Position numbers and translations under genes: made by a program
In this document: piece after piece, positions 30,837-39,566 of the stretch
Layout of the letters: each line of letters opens with the position of its first letter
How positions within the stretch are numbered: position 1 is the first letter of the stretch
Source: a virus
DNA: 46,248 nucleotides
Virus record (IMG/VR): IMGVR_UViG_3300032163_000001
Span: 1-46,248 of that record
Reading direction: 5' to 3' (one strand)
The notes under the pieces: generated by a model
Database searches by the model: none
The model's input: the letters and a program-made list of their open reading frames with translations, nothing else
Told to the model about the DNA's origin: nothing

Positions 30837-32095
30837 GTAAAGATTCAGATGAGGTTATGAAAAAAGTTATTGCTGTACTTATGTTAAAAGGATCATATTG
30901 GGGGTTTTTATTTTCTAGAATAAAGAGAGTGGGAAATACATCTTTACCATATTCGATGGGTGTAGCAAGTGATTCAGATAGTACAGTTATTTTGTACTAC
31001 AACCCAGATTTTATTAGTGAAGAAGATTTTAAAGTTCTGGAAAGTTTAGTAGAACATGAAGGAATGCATCTTTTAAATGACCATATTCCAAGAATGTATC
31101 GTTTGTTAGATTCAGAATACGATAAAGAGAAGAGACGATCAGTTCAAGAAATTTTTAATCTAGCAGGCGATTGTGCTGTAAATTCTGTTATAAATATTCC
31201 AAAAATTATTACTTTAAAAGGAAACGATTATACTCTTGTTTTTCCAGAACGATTTAATTTGCCAGATAAACAAAGCGCAGAGTTCTATTTCTTTGAGATA
31301 ATGAAACAGTCGAAGAAGGTATCTGGTAAAAAAGAAATTGGTGTTGTATCTGGTTGTACCAAAAATCATGAGAAATGGACAGATAATAAAGTTTCAGACC
31401 CAGTTTCTTTTTCTAGAAAAGTAGAGGCATTTATTCAAGATATTGCAAAAGAATCTTTTAATGAATGTCAATCTAGAGGAACAGTTCCAGGTTATATTTC
31501 CCAGATGATTCAACAACTATTGGAACCTCCTAAACTTCCTTATTATCAAATAATTAGAAAACTAGTTCGAAGCTCTAGAATCGGTAAATTTAAATCATCT
31601 TCAACAAGAATCAATAGAAAAAGAACATATGTTTTTGTTACTAACCAAAAAAATGTACCTGAAATATCTCCATTTCCAGGTAGAGTAAGAGACTACACAT
31701 TTAAGATTGGAGTGTTAATTGATGTATCTGGAAGCATGAATATAGAAAAAGTATGTGAAGGACTTTCTGGTGTTAGAAATCTTATTGAGAATGATAGAAA
31801 TTGTACAACAATAGTTATTGAAGTAGATACAGTTGTTCAGAAAGAATATCGAGTTAAGAGAATTGATGATATTCAATTTAATATTAAAGGTAGAGGTGGG
31901 ACTATATTATTTCCAGCCCTGCAAAGGTTTAAAGAACTAAAAACAGATGTTGTTTTGGGTTTTACTGATGGATATTGCGAAAATATTAATATGATTGATA
32001 GAAAACTTTTACCAAAGAGAATTATTTGGGTTGTTTTAAGTGGAACAGAAGAGAATTTAGATAAAACAGGGTTTGTAATTAATTTAAAGGGATAA
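30833..32095 (+). CDS. protein with an N-terminal HExxH metallopeptidase-like domain and a C-terminal von Willebrand A domain (DUF2201-like architecture)
   Basis: VEHEGMHLLNDH contains the HExxH motif. LIDVSGSMN is the MIDAS DxSGS motif. Downstream FTDG matches the von Willebrand A TDG. The ATGA overlaps the ATPase stop. Confidence 0.6.
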   Translation: MSKDSDEVMKKVIAVLMLKGSYWGFLFSRIKRVGNTSLPYSMGVASDSDSTVILYYNPDFISEEDFKVLESLVEHEGMHLLNDHIPRMYRLLDSEYDKEKRRSVQEIFNLAGDCAVNSVINIPKIITLKGNDYTLVFPERFNLPDKQSAEFYFFEIMKQSKKVSGKKEIGVVSGCTKNHEKWTDNKVSDPVSFSRKVEAFIQDIAKESFNECQSRGTVPGYISQMIQQLLEPPKLPYYQIIRKLVRSSRIGKFKSSSTRINRKRTYVFVTNQKNVPEISPFPGRVRDYTFKIGVLIDVSGSMNIEKVCEGLSGVRNLIENDRNCTTIVIEVDTVVQKEYRVKRIDDIQFNIKGRGGTILFPALQRFKELKTDVVLGFTDGYCENINMIDRKLLPKRIIWVVLSGTEENLDKTGFVINLKG

Positions 32096-32099
32096 CTAA

Positions 32100-33893
32100 A
32101 TGACTAAAAAAGATTATACTTTTAAAGATATTAAAGTTCTCGATGAAATTTCACATATTCGTTTAAATTGTGGAATGTATATAGGAGAAACATCTAATCC
32201 TGTACATTTAGTAGAAGAAGCTTTAGATAATAGTTTAGATGAATGTTTAGCTGGGTTCGCTAGTATTATTGCAATCAATATTGATACGAAGAATCATGTA
32301 TATAGTGTACTAGATAATGGAAGAGGTATTCCAATAGAAAATGATGTACCAGTAATAATATCTACTAAACTTTTCTCTGGAGCGAAATTTCAAGATAGTA
32401 AAACTGCATATGAAATTGCTTGTGGATTGCATGGTGTAGGATTAGTTGCAGTCAACGCTCTAAGTGATTTTCTTATCATTGAAATCTATAGAGATAAGAA
32501 ACATGCAGTTTATACATTCGATAAAGCAGTTCTCAAAAGTAAGAAGATTGAAGACCATAAAGGAAATATTCCATTTTCTACTAAACTACAATTTAAACCA
32601 GATAAGAAAATATTTGAGAATCTAATTCCAGATGTAGATAGAATTAGAAGAAGACTTTTAGCTGCATCTGTAGAACTAGAAAATTGTACCTTTGTTCTAA
32701 ATGTAGATGACAAGAAAGAAGTTATAAAACTAGATAAGAACAATTACTTTAAAAATGTTTGTTTAAATGAGTCGGATACTGAAATATCTCCTGTTATTAA
32801 TCTAGAGAGTGATAATGATGGAGAAGTTTTAAAAGTTATGTTTTGTTATTCTTTTTCAGGTTCTCCTACTCCAAGAACCTTTTCTTCTATTAACCTTTTA
32901 CCTGTAGAATCTGGGGGAACACATGTTAGCTATTTTATGGATATAGTTAAAGAGCTATTTTCTATCAGAAGTAAAAAAGCGAACGTGAGAATGCAACCAT
33001 CTGATTGCTTCATTGGTTTGAGGAGCTATATTAGTTTATCTCTAAAGAAACCAGAATTTTCTGGACAAACAAAAGATAAGTTAATTAATAGAAAATCTTA
33101 TCTTGATAAATTGTTCTCAAAGTTTAAGGTTTCTTTAGAAACTTATTTCTCTAAGAACCCGGAGCAACTTGAATTTCTTCTCTCTAAGTTTGCGGAATAC
33201 AGAAAGAAACTTGATTCTAAAAAATTAAAATTTAATGGATCAAGGTTCTCTACAAAGTTTACAAAACTTAGAGACTGTTCTTCAAGCAATGGAGAACTAT
33301 ATGTATGTGAAGGAGATTCAGCTGGAGGATCTATTTTAGCTTGCAGAAACCCCCAGGTTCATGCAGTACTTCCTTTAAAAGGGAAGATTCCATCTATTGT
33401 TAATGCGGTAGATATTTTAAAAAATGAAGAGATAGGAGAGTTAATTCAAGCACTAGGGGCGGGTGTTGGTTCTAACTTCGACATTACAAAATTAAAGTAT
33501 GAGAAGATTATTTGTGCAACAGATGCAGATGATGATGGAAAACATATCTTTTGTTTGTTAACTATTATTTTAGCAAATTTAGTACCAGATGTAATTAAAG
33601 ACGGACACTATTATTTAGCACAAACTCCTTTGTATGCAATCAATAAAGGAAAAACATTCCTTCCATTATGGAATGAAGATTCTTTGAAGAAAGCTAAAGA
33701 GAAACAAGAACCAATTACAAGATTTAAAGGTTTAGGTGAACTTAGTCCATGGCAACTTAAGATTAGTCTTTTGGATGAAAAGACAAGACATTTTACAAAA
33801 GTTGTATTTACAAAAGATCTCTCAAAATTAATGAAATTATTTTCTGATGTTCAAACTAAAAGATTATTATTAGAAGGAAAATTTACTATGTGA
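32100..33893 (+). CDS. type II DNA topoisomerase ATPase/Toprim subunit (GyrB or T4 gp39/gp60-like)
   Basis: GHKL motifs EEALDNSLDE and LDNGRGIP. Toprim motifs CEGDSAGGS and PLKGKIPS. KGLGE near the C-terminus. Confidence 0.8.
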   Translation: MTKKDYTFKDIKVLDEISHIRLNCGMYIGETSNPVHLVEEALDNSLDECLAGFASIIAINIDTKNHVYSVLDNGRGIPIENDVPVIISTKLFSGAKFQDSKTAYEIACGLHGVGLVAVNALSDFLIIEIYRDKKHAVYTFDKAVLKSKKIEDHKGNIPFSTKLQFKPDKKIFENLIPDVDRIRRRLLAASVELENCTFVLNVDDKKEVIKLDKNNYFKNVCLNESDTEISPVINLESDNDGEVLKVMFCYSFSGSPTPRTFSSINLLPVESGGTHVSYFMDIVKELFSIRSKKANVRMQPSDCFIGLRSYISLSLKKPEFSGQTKDKLINRKSYLDKLFSKFKVSLETYFSKNPEQLEFLLSKFAEYRKKLDSKKLKFNGSRFSTKFTKLRDCSSSNGELYVCEGDSAGGSILACRNPQVHAVLPLKGKIPSIVNAVDILKNEEIGELIQALGAGVGSNFDITKLKYEKIICATDADDDGKHIFCLLTIILANLVPDVIKDGHYYLAQTPLYAINKGKTFLPLWNEDSLKKAKEKQEPITRFKGLGELSPWQLKISLLDEKTRHFTKVVFTKDLSKLMKLFSDVQTKRLLLEGKFTM

Positions 33894-33910
33894 AAGGAGG
33901 TAAAATTACT

Positions 33911-34471
33911 ATGGAGACAATTAAATTAGGAAACTTTGAAATTGAATCAGGAAAAGTTAGAGTTTCAGATCCATGTTATGATATTGATACTTGGTGTGCT
34001 ACAACTTTAGAAAATGTTAAGAAAGGGAAGTGGCTTGCTCAAGCAGAAATGATAGATGAAGGTTTATGGGGAAAAAGAGTTTCTATTCTACGTTGTTTTC
34101 ATGAATCTCTTACTAATGGAATGATAAATGAAATAGAGCGAGAAATAATATCAGAAAAGATTGGTGTAGATAGTGGTCAAGCAGGAATTTTTGATATTGA
34201 ACATTTTAAGAAAGATTCTGATACTGTTGGTTTTAAAAAACAATATAAAGAAGAATCAATCCGCAAAGATGAACCTTGGTATTCAATGTGTTGTGATGTG
34301 ACTTTAAGTAGGAATGCAGGAGTTGTTCCTTTTGGTGTTGTATCTTCTTCTGGCTTTGGAGATGGATCTTATGTTTGTGAAGTAGGTAGGAAAGATAAAG
34401 ATGATGAAATTTCTTTAATAGAAATCGATTTTGGATTAAATAAAGAAGACGAGGAAGAAGATGGAGAATGA
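33911..34471 (+). CDS. hypothetical protein with an acidic C-terminus
   Basis: ATG at 33911 with an AAAGGAGG ribosome-binding site, preferred over the track start at 33890. Confidence 0.4.
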   Translation: METIKLGNFEIESGKVRVSDPCYDIDTWCATTLENVKKGKWLAQAEMIDEGLWGKRVSILRCFHESLTNGMINEIEREIISEKIGVDSGQAGIFDIEHFKKDSDTVGFKKQYKEESIRKDEPWYSMCCDVTLSRNAGVVPFGVVSSSGFGDGSYVCEVGRKDKDDEISLIEIDFGLNKEDEEEDGE

Positions 34472-34632
34472 AAAAATAGTTACAGTTAAACAAGAAGTTA
34501 AATGCCCATATTGTGGATATATGTGTGATAGAGGAGGAATTTCTTGCGATCATTTAGTATCTATTTCAGATTTAGGTTATGCAATGATTTGGAAGTTTAA
34601 AGAAAAGGAGGAAGACGATAGTGAGTTATAAT
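34462..34632 (+). CDS. small zinc-ribbon protein (56 aa)
   Basis: CPYCGYMCDRGGISCDH. It overlaps the upstream stop and is below the track's length cutoff. Confidence 0.3.
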
Positions 34633-34854
34633 TATCCAAAACCACAAAAGAAACAAGAAAAAGATTTTAACGAACTTGAAGAGCTTGTTGATGATTATAT
34701 GAATGAAATAGAAAAATTAGAACAATTTTCTGGTGATGAAACACGTTATTTTGTAACTGAAAAGTTAGAACATTACATTTTTGAAGCAGCTCTTTACGCA
34801 TTTTATGGAAAAGATGTTTGGAAGTATACTAGCGAAAGGTTAAAAATAAGATGA
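34621..34854 (+). CDS. hypothetical small protein
   Basis: 77 aa; the start codon is ambiguous. Confidence 0.35.
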   Translation: MSYNYPKPQKKQEKDFNELEELVDDYMNEIEKLEQFSGDETRYFVTEKLEHYIFEAALYAFYGKDVWKYTSERLKIR

Positions 34855-35258
34855 AAATTGCTATTGTAGGAGCAGATGGAAAGAAATGGGGAAGTCTTGG
34901 AAAAGTTAGTAAATCTAACTTTCTTATAATTGTTGCTAAACAACTAATTGAGAAAATCTTGAAAGATAATCCTGGTTGCACTTTGGTTTCAGGGGCTTGT
35001 CCAACAGGGGGAGTTGATATCTGGGCGGAAGAAGTAGCAGATAAACTTGGAGTTCCCAAAGAAATCTATCCTCCTCGTATAAACAAATGGGAAGGTTATA
35101 AAGAAAGAGATATCAAAATAGCAAAGGCATGTGATAAACTTGCGTGTATTGAACCCTATAGAAGAAATCATTCTGGCGGAATGTGGACCATGAATTATGC
35201 GAGTAAATTAGGGAAACCAGTCAAGTTATTTGTGATTAAAGAAATGTTAGATAATTAG
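34851..35258 (+). CDS. DprA/Smf-like (SLOG-type Rossmann) protein
   Basis: IAIVGADG...LVSGACPTGGVDIWAEEVADKLG resembles the DprA core (SGlArGIDaaAHrgAL). Confidence 0.35.
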   Translation: MKIAIVGADGKKWGSLGKVSKSNFLIIVAKQLIEKILKDNPGCTLVSGACPTGGVDIWAEEVADKLGVPKEIYPPRINKWEGYKERDIKIAKACDKLACIEPYRRNHSGGMWTMNYASKLGKPVKLFVIKEMLDN

Positions 35259-35271
35259 TGTAGATAAAATT

Positions 35272-35531
35272 CTTAAGTAGATCTAGTTAAGGAGGTAGGC
35301 CTAACAGCAGTCATCCTTTAAAGAGTGACGATAGGTAGTGAAGGGGAGGCACACTTAAACCAATGATCCTGACGAAAAAGAAAACTTGCAACGGGGATTG
35401 AGCAAGTGGATGCCTACGGTATAGCGGCAAAGTTCAGTACGTTCAGATTTGGTCGTCCTCATCCAGGTTTGAACGTGAGTTAGCTGGATGCTCCCGTCTT
35501 AGTCTTTGGCGTAGCAGCACACTTTTCTAGA
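35272..35531 (+). other. GC-rich noncoding island (about 230 nt) closed by a perfect 15-bp inverted repeat; candidate structured RNA or MITE-like element
   Basis: CTTAAGTAGATCTAG at 35272-35286 and its reverse complement at 35517-35531. The interior is visibly GC-richer than the flanks and has no ORF. It contains the internal hairpin CATCCAG...CTGGATG. Confidence 0.35.
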
Positions 35532-35567
35532 TCTACTTAAGTTAAATAAAAAGGAAAGGAGAAAAAC

Positions 35568-36578
35568 ATGATTCAAAATTACATTAATCATATTGTATTT
35601 GTAGTAGATAGAAGTGGTTCAATGCAACAATTAACACAAGATGTTGTAAGAGTATTTGATAGCCAAATTAAATATTTATCTCAACGTTCTCAAGAATTGA
35701 ATCAAGAGACTAGAGTATCTGTTTATTTATTCTCATATTGGAATAGAATAGAATGTCTTGTTTATGATATGGATGTTATGCGTCTTCCAAGTTTAAAAGG
35801 ATATTATGATCCTGATGGACAAACAGCTCTTATTGATGCTACATTAAAAGCTATTAGTGATTTGGGAAAGACTCCAGAACTTTATGGTGATCATGCTTTC
35901 TTAATTTATACTCTTACTGATGGACAAGAAAATAATAGTAGGAATCAATCTCATGTATTATTAACTGCAATAGAAGCACTGCCAGAAAATTGGACTTTAG
36001 CGGTTTTAGTTCCAGATCAACGGGGAGTATTCGAATCTAAGAAGTTTGGTTTTCCAGTCGAAAATATCTCTATATGGGATCCAAGTTCAGTAAAAGGATT
36101 TGAAGAAGCTGGTAGTGTTATTCGCCAAGCAACTGATAACTTCATGAAGGGGAGAGCATCAGGAATTCGGGGAACTAGAAATTTATTTAGACCTGATATA
36201 ACAGCTACTGCCTCGCAAGTAAAGAAGAGTCTTGAAGAACTTAAACTAAATGAATATATTATTTTTAGAGTCAAAAAAGATTCTCCAATAAGAGAATTTG
36301 TGGAATCAGTTATGCGAAAGTATGTGAAAGGTTCAGCCTATTATCAATTAGTAGAGAGGAAGAAACCACATAAAATCCAAAATTATAAGCAAGTTTGCAT
36401 TAGAGATAATAATTCTGGAAAAGTATATACAGGGGATAATGCTAGACTTATATTAGGTTTACCAGATTATCAAGTAGAAGTTAAACCTGGAAACTTTAAG
36501 AATTTTGATGTGTTCGTTCAAAGTACATCTGTAAATCGAAAGTTAACTAAAGGAACAGATTTAATCGTTCTTACATAA
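35568..36578 (+). CDS. von Willebrand factor A domain protein
   Basis: VFVVDRSGSMQQ (MIDAS DxSGS). TALIDAT. YTLTDGQENNS (TDG motif). Confidence 0.6.
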   Translation: MIQNYINHIVFVVDRSGSMQQLTQDVVRVFDSQIKYLSQRSQELNQETRVSVYLFSYWNRIECLVYDMDVMRLPSLKGYYDPDGQTALIDATLKAISDLGKTPELYGDHAFLIYTLTDGQENNSRNQSHVLLTAIEALPENWTLAVLVPDQRGVFESKKFGFPVENISIWDPSSVKGFEEAGSVIRQATDNFMKGRASGIRGTRNLFRPDITATASQVKKSLEELKLNEYIIFRVKKDSPIREFVESVMRKYVKGSAYYQLVERKKPHKIQNYKQVCIRDNNSGKVYTGDNARLILGLPDYQVEVKPGNFKNFDVFVQSTSVNRKLTKGTDLIVLT

Positions 36579-36599
36579 AATTATAGATGGAGAAATAAA

Positions 36600-36893
36600 A
36601 TGTTAAGAGATTGTTCTTACTGCGGAGATAAAGCAGATTGTGTTCTAGTAGAAATGATTTCATGGATATGTCCAAAATGCTTTATTAGATTTTATGAATA
36701 CTGGTCAGAAGGCTCACATCAATTCTTATATCTTTATCTTGGTTTTAAATTACAAGAAACTTGTAAAACAGCAGTTGATACTATAAGTAGTGTGGGAGAA
36801 CAAATCGAGAGAGAAAAAATTATGGCTGTGAAGGAGTGTAGATCAGTTTGGCTTAGTATGCAAAAACCTCTAAGTTTTAAACACAAATATTAA
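36600..36893 (+). CDS. zinc-ribbon hypothetical protein
   Basis: CSYCGDKADC...CPKC. Confidence 0.4.
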   Translation: MLRDCSYCGDKADCVLVEMISWICPKCFIRFYEYWSEGSHQFLYLYLGFKLQETCKTAVDTISSVGEQIEREKIMAVKECRSVWLSMQKPLSFKHKY

Positions 36894-36941
36894 AGGAGAA
36901 AGTGAGAAAGTGAGATTAGAAGTTCATCTGGAGATAATAAA

Positions 36942-37157
36942 ATGAATAAATTTTATATTGAAGTTGGAGATAGAGTAAAGAGGAAGGATTGGTCCTGTGA
37001 TAGTGAAGTATCTAAAATCGAACCAAACCTAAATACTTTTTGGTTACGTACATCTGATGGAAAAGATGAATTTTCATATCAATTAGTAGGAGATGATTGG
37101 ATAGTATACAGGAAAAGAGAGAAGATAGTATGGGAGAGAGTAGATGAAACTACTTAA
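36942..37157 (+). CDS. hypothetical protein
   Basis: 71 aa with a GGAGA ribosome-binding site. Confidence 0.4.
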   Translation: MNKFYIEVGDRVKRKDWSCDSEVSKIEPNLNTFWLRTSDGKDEFSYQLVGDDWIVYRKREKIVWERVDETT

Positions 37158-37230
37158 AAATACTATAACTGATTATTGTAGAAGATGGAAAAAGAATATC
37201 TAAGATTTAAAATAGAAAGGAGAAAGGATC

Positions 37231-37761
37231 ATGAAAATTATTGAAGCAATGAAGAAAGTTAAAGACTTACAAAGGAAGGCAGCAGATTTAAGAGACAAAG
37301 TTAAACAATATTGTGTAGATTATGAACACGAAACTCCAACTTATGCTGACCAAAGAGATCGAATCAAATCGTGGTTAGATGCGCATCGAGATATTTTACA
37401 GGAAGTTGAGAGCTTAAAACTAAAGATTCAGAAGACTAATATTCAAACTTTAGTTCCAATCACTATTGACGAAAAGGTCGTAAATAAAACTATTGCAGCA
37501 TGGATTATAAGGAGGGGACAAGGTAAGAATATAAAAGGATTAGCACATGAAGATCTTGATATGTGGAATATGTTAACTGATAGAGGATTGAAAGAAGATA
37601 AGTTGATAACTTCTGCAGGGGGAATTCTTGAGAAGAAGATTAGGAGATATTATGATCCTGCTCAGAGAGACCGAATGAAGGAAATTTATATGTCTGAACC
37701 TCAACTTATAGATTCAGTTCTTGAGGTTACAAATGCTAGGGTTGATTTAGTAGAAGAATAA
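37231..37761 (+). CDS. hypothetical protein
   Basis: 176 aa with an AAAGGAGAAAGG ribosome-binding site. Confidence 0.45.
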   Translation: MKIIEAMKKVKDLQRKAADLRDKVKQYCVDYEHETPTYADQRDRIKSWLDAHRDILQEVESLKLKIQKTNIQTLVPITIDEKVVNKTIAAWIIRRGQGKNIKGLAHEDLDMWNMLTDRGLKEDKLITSAGGILEKKIRRYYDPAQRDRMKEIYMSEPQLIDSVLEVTNARVDLVEE

Positions 37762-37768
37762 TAATATG

Positions 37769-37881
37769 GGGTGAGATAGAAACCGTTTACATCCTAGAAA
37801 AATAACTCTGAGGAGTCCGGCAGATTGCAAAATCAATAAGTCCGTTGTATGTCTCTAGCGATAACTAAGTCTATCTCACCC
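37769..37881 (+). other. about 90-nt noncoding segment closed by a 12-bp inverted repeat; candidate small structured RNA or miniature inverted-repeat element
   Basis: GGGTGAGATAGA at 37769-37780 and TCTATCTCACCC at 37870-37881. Confidence 0.3.
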
Positions 37882-37902
37882 TTATTAAAAAAGGAGAAAT
37901 AA

Positions 37903-38055
37903 ATGGCTGAAATTACTAACAAACAATTTGCAGAGAATAATGAAGAGTTTCGAAAATCTTGTGAAGCTCTAGGAATTAAGCCTACAATTCGTCAAGCATC
38001 TAAATGGAGGATGAAAAAAGGGAAGGCTTGGAAAGAGAGGCCAACGGGGGAATGA
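37903..38055 (+). CDS. hypothetical small protein (50 aa)
   Basis: AAAGGAGAAAT ribosome-binding site. Its stop overlaps the next start as ATGA. It is below the track's length cutoff. Confidence 0.35.
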   Translation: MAEITNKQFAENNEEFRKSCEALGIKPTIRQASKWRMKKGKAWKERPTGE

Positions 38056-38243
38056 ATCAAACAGTTAAAAAAGTTATGGCGATTTGGAATCAATTTTGTA
38101 TTGAGAATGGAGGGAGGGATGAACTAAACGCAAATATTTTGTGGAAGTGGCCAGAGTATCTTTCAAAAGAGATGTATGGAATAGGATGTTTTGAGGAAGC
38201 TATAAAAATTGTTTTAGAAAATAAATTAGTTGAAGTTATGTAA
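38052..38243 (+). CDS. hypothetical small protein
   Basis: Internal ATG at 38052 with a GGGGGA ribosome-binding site, preferred over the track start at 38004, which overlaps the upstream gene. Confidence 0.4.
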   Translation: MNQTVKKVMAIWNQFCIENGGRDELNANILWKWPEYLSKEMYGIGCFEEAIKIVLENKLVEVM

Positions 38244-38254
38244 AAGAGGTAAAC

Positions 38255-38467
38255 ATGGGAGAGTCTTTTAAATTGAAAGTTGAGCAAGCTCGTGAATGTT
38301 GGGATGGGTTAGATCTACTTTCAAGGAAAAAAATGTTTGATAATATGTTTGGAGATGATGGATATCCTTTTCAGGTTTTATATGAGGATTGGGAAGATCT
38401 AATTAGAGGATATGATAAACGTAAGAAATGGTTTAAAAGTTTTGTAGAAAATTTAAATAGTTTTTAA
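38255..38467 (+). CDS. hypothetical small protein
   Basis: 70 aa with an AAGAGG ribosome-binding site. Confidence 0.4.
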   Translation: MGESFKLKVEQARECWDGLDLLSRKKMFDNMFGDDGYPFQVLYEDWEDLIRGYDKRKKWFKSFVENLNSF

Positions 38468-38679
38468 CTAGATAATGCCCTATGTACAGAGATAGTCAGT
38501 AATGACTCTTATTCTTCAAAGAAGGATAAGGAAAATCTTGAAAAAGAAAGCGTATGCCTGAGACGAAATGATGGCTTAGTAAATGGTATATAACCAATGG
38601 TCTTGAAAAACCATTATACTTTCTCTATGGTTGGTGGATTGGTGGGAAACTGCTGAAATGAAGCCAACTATAGACGCAC

Positions 38680-38775
38680 TTAAAGGCTAAAGGTGCAAGT
38701 CTAAAGGGTGAAAGGCTTAGGTGTCGAAAGGATGATGGTGAATGGTTAAAGGATGAGACTCGAAGGGTGATACCA
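38680..38775 (+). repeat. iteron-like array: seven copies of (T/G)AAAGG spaced 8-20 bp apart in a 420-bp noncoding region
   Basis: taaaggctaaaggtgcaagtctaaagggtgaaaggcttaggtgtcgaaaggatgatggtgaatggttaaaggatgagactcgaaggg. Confidence 0.35.
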
Positions 38776-38886
38776 GAGAGAACGTCCTTGGGTAAGTTGT
38801 GTTTCTTTCTTTTCCTTAGGAACTTCCAGGGCTTCCTGTATGGGAGGGCACAATTTCTTTTTTTAAAAAGAGAAAGGAGATAAATT

Positions 38887-39345
38887 ATGGAGAAAAAGTG
38901 GGCTTCAATTTACATATGGAGAGGTGTGATGGTTGGTAGAATAGTGAAAGAAGAAAGTAAAAAATATTATGTCGAATTCCATCCAAATGAGAGAGAAGAA
39001 AATTTAACAATTATTACTCCTAAAAGTATAGATCCCCAATTAGTAAATGTATTTGAAAGACTATCTGATGCTATTAAAGATGCAGATAGCTATTCTAACA
39101 AAGTACGTGAACCCAGGCCACTCTGGGATATGTTATCTCACGCTTTGATATGTTATCGAGATGAAATGACACCAAAAGAAATATCAGAATTAAAAAAGAT
39201 GTTAAGAGATAGAGGTGAAGAACTACCAGTTAATATAATCATAATGGGTGAAGATTATTCATATCAATGGGATGAGATTGTAGTTGAAAAACAAGAATTA
39301 AAAGAGAGCATCGATATTCTAATAAGTAAAGGAATAGAGTTATAA
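38887..39345 (+). CDS. hypothetical protein
   Basis: 152 aa with an AAAGGAGA ribosome-binding site. Confidence 0.45.
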   Translation: MEKKWASIYIWRGVMVGRIVKEESKKYYVEFHPNEREENLTIITPKSIDPQLVNVFERLSDAIKDADSYSNKVREPRPLWDMLSHALICYRDEMTPKEISELKKMLRDRGEELPVNIIIMGEDYSYQWDEIVVEKQELKESIDILISKGIEL

Positions 39346-39360
39346 GAACGGAGATGAAAA

Positions 39361-39546
39361 ATGATTTATATTGAACGTGCGAAGTCAGGTTCATCAATAT
39401 GTAAAAAATGTAATGAAGCAATTCAAATAAATAGACCTAGAATAAGATTAAAACTAACTTATATGTGGGGTTTTAGTTTCTGCAGTAAATGTATAGATGA
39501 TTTAATTGCTGAGTGGGAAAACTTTAAGCAAAGAGAATTTTCATAG
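39361..39546 (+). CDS. zinc-ribbon small protein
   Basis: CKKCNEAI...CSKCIDDL. Confidence 0.4.
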   Translation: MIYIERAKSGSSICKKCNEAIQINRPRIRLKLTYMWGFSFCSKCIDDLIAEWENFKQREFS

Positions 39547-39566
39547 AAGAAAAAGGAGGTGAAAAT

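Noticed and set aside
38004-38060. Possible programmed -1 frameshift at the A6G run (atgaaaaaaggg) linking ORF 37903 to the overlapping ORF 38004
   Set aside because: The heptamer is not in the X_XXY_YYZ register for either frame. The simpler reading is two genes joined by an ATGA overlap at 38052-38055, with a GGGGGA ribosome-binding site.
27231-38886. tRNA or tmRNA genes in the long noncoding regions
   Set aside because: Reading by eye, I could not find a cloverleaf with a 7-bp acceptor stem and T-loop GTTC-type motif, or a tmRNA tag-peptide reading frame. A tRNAscan or covariance-model run is still needed to be sure.
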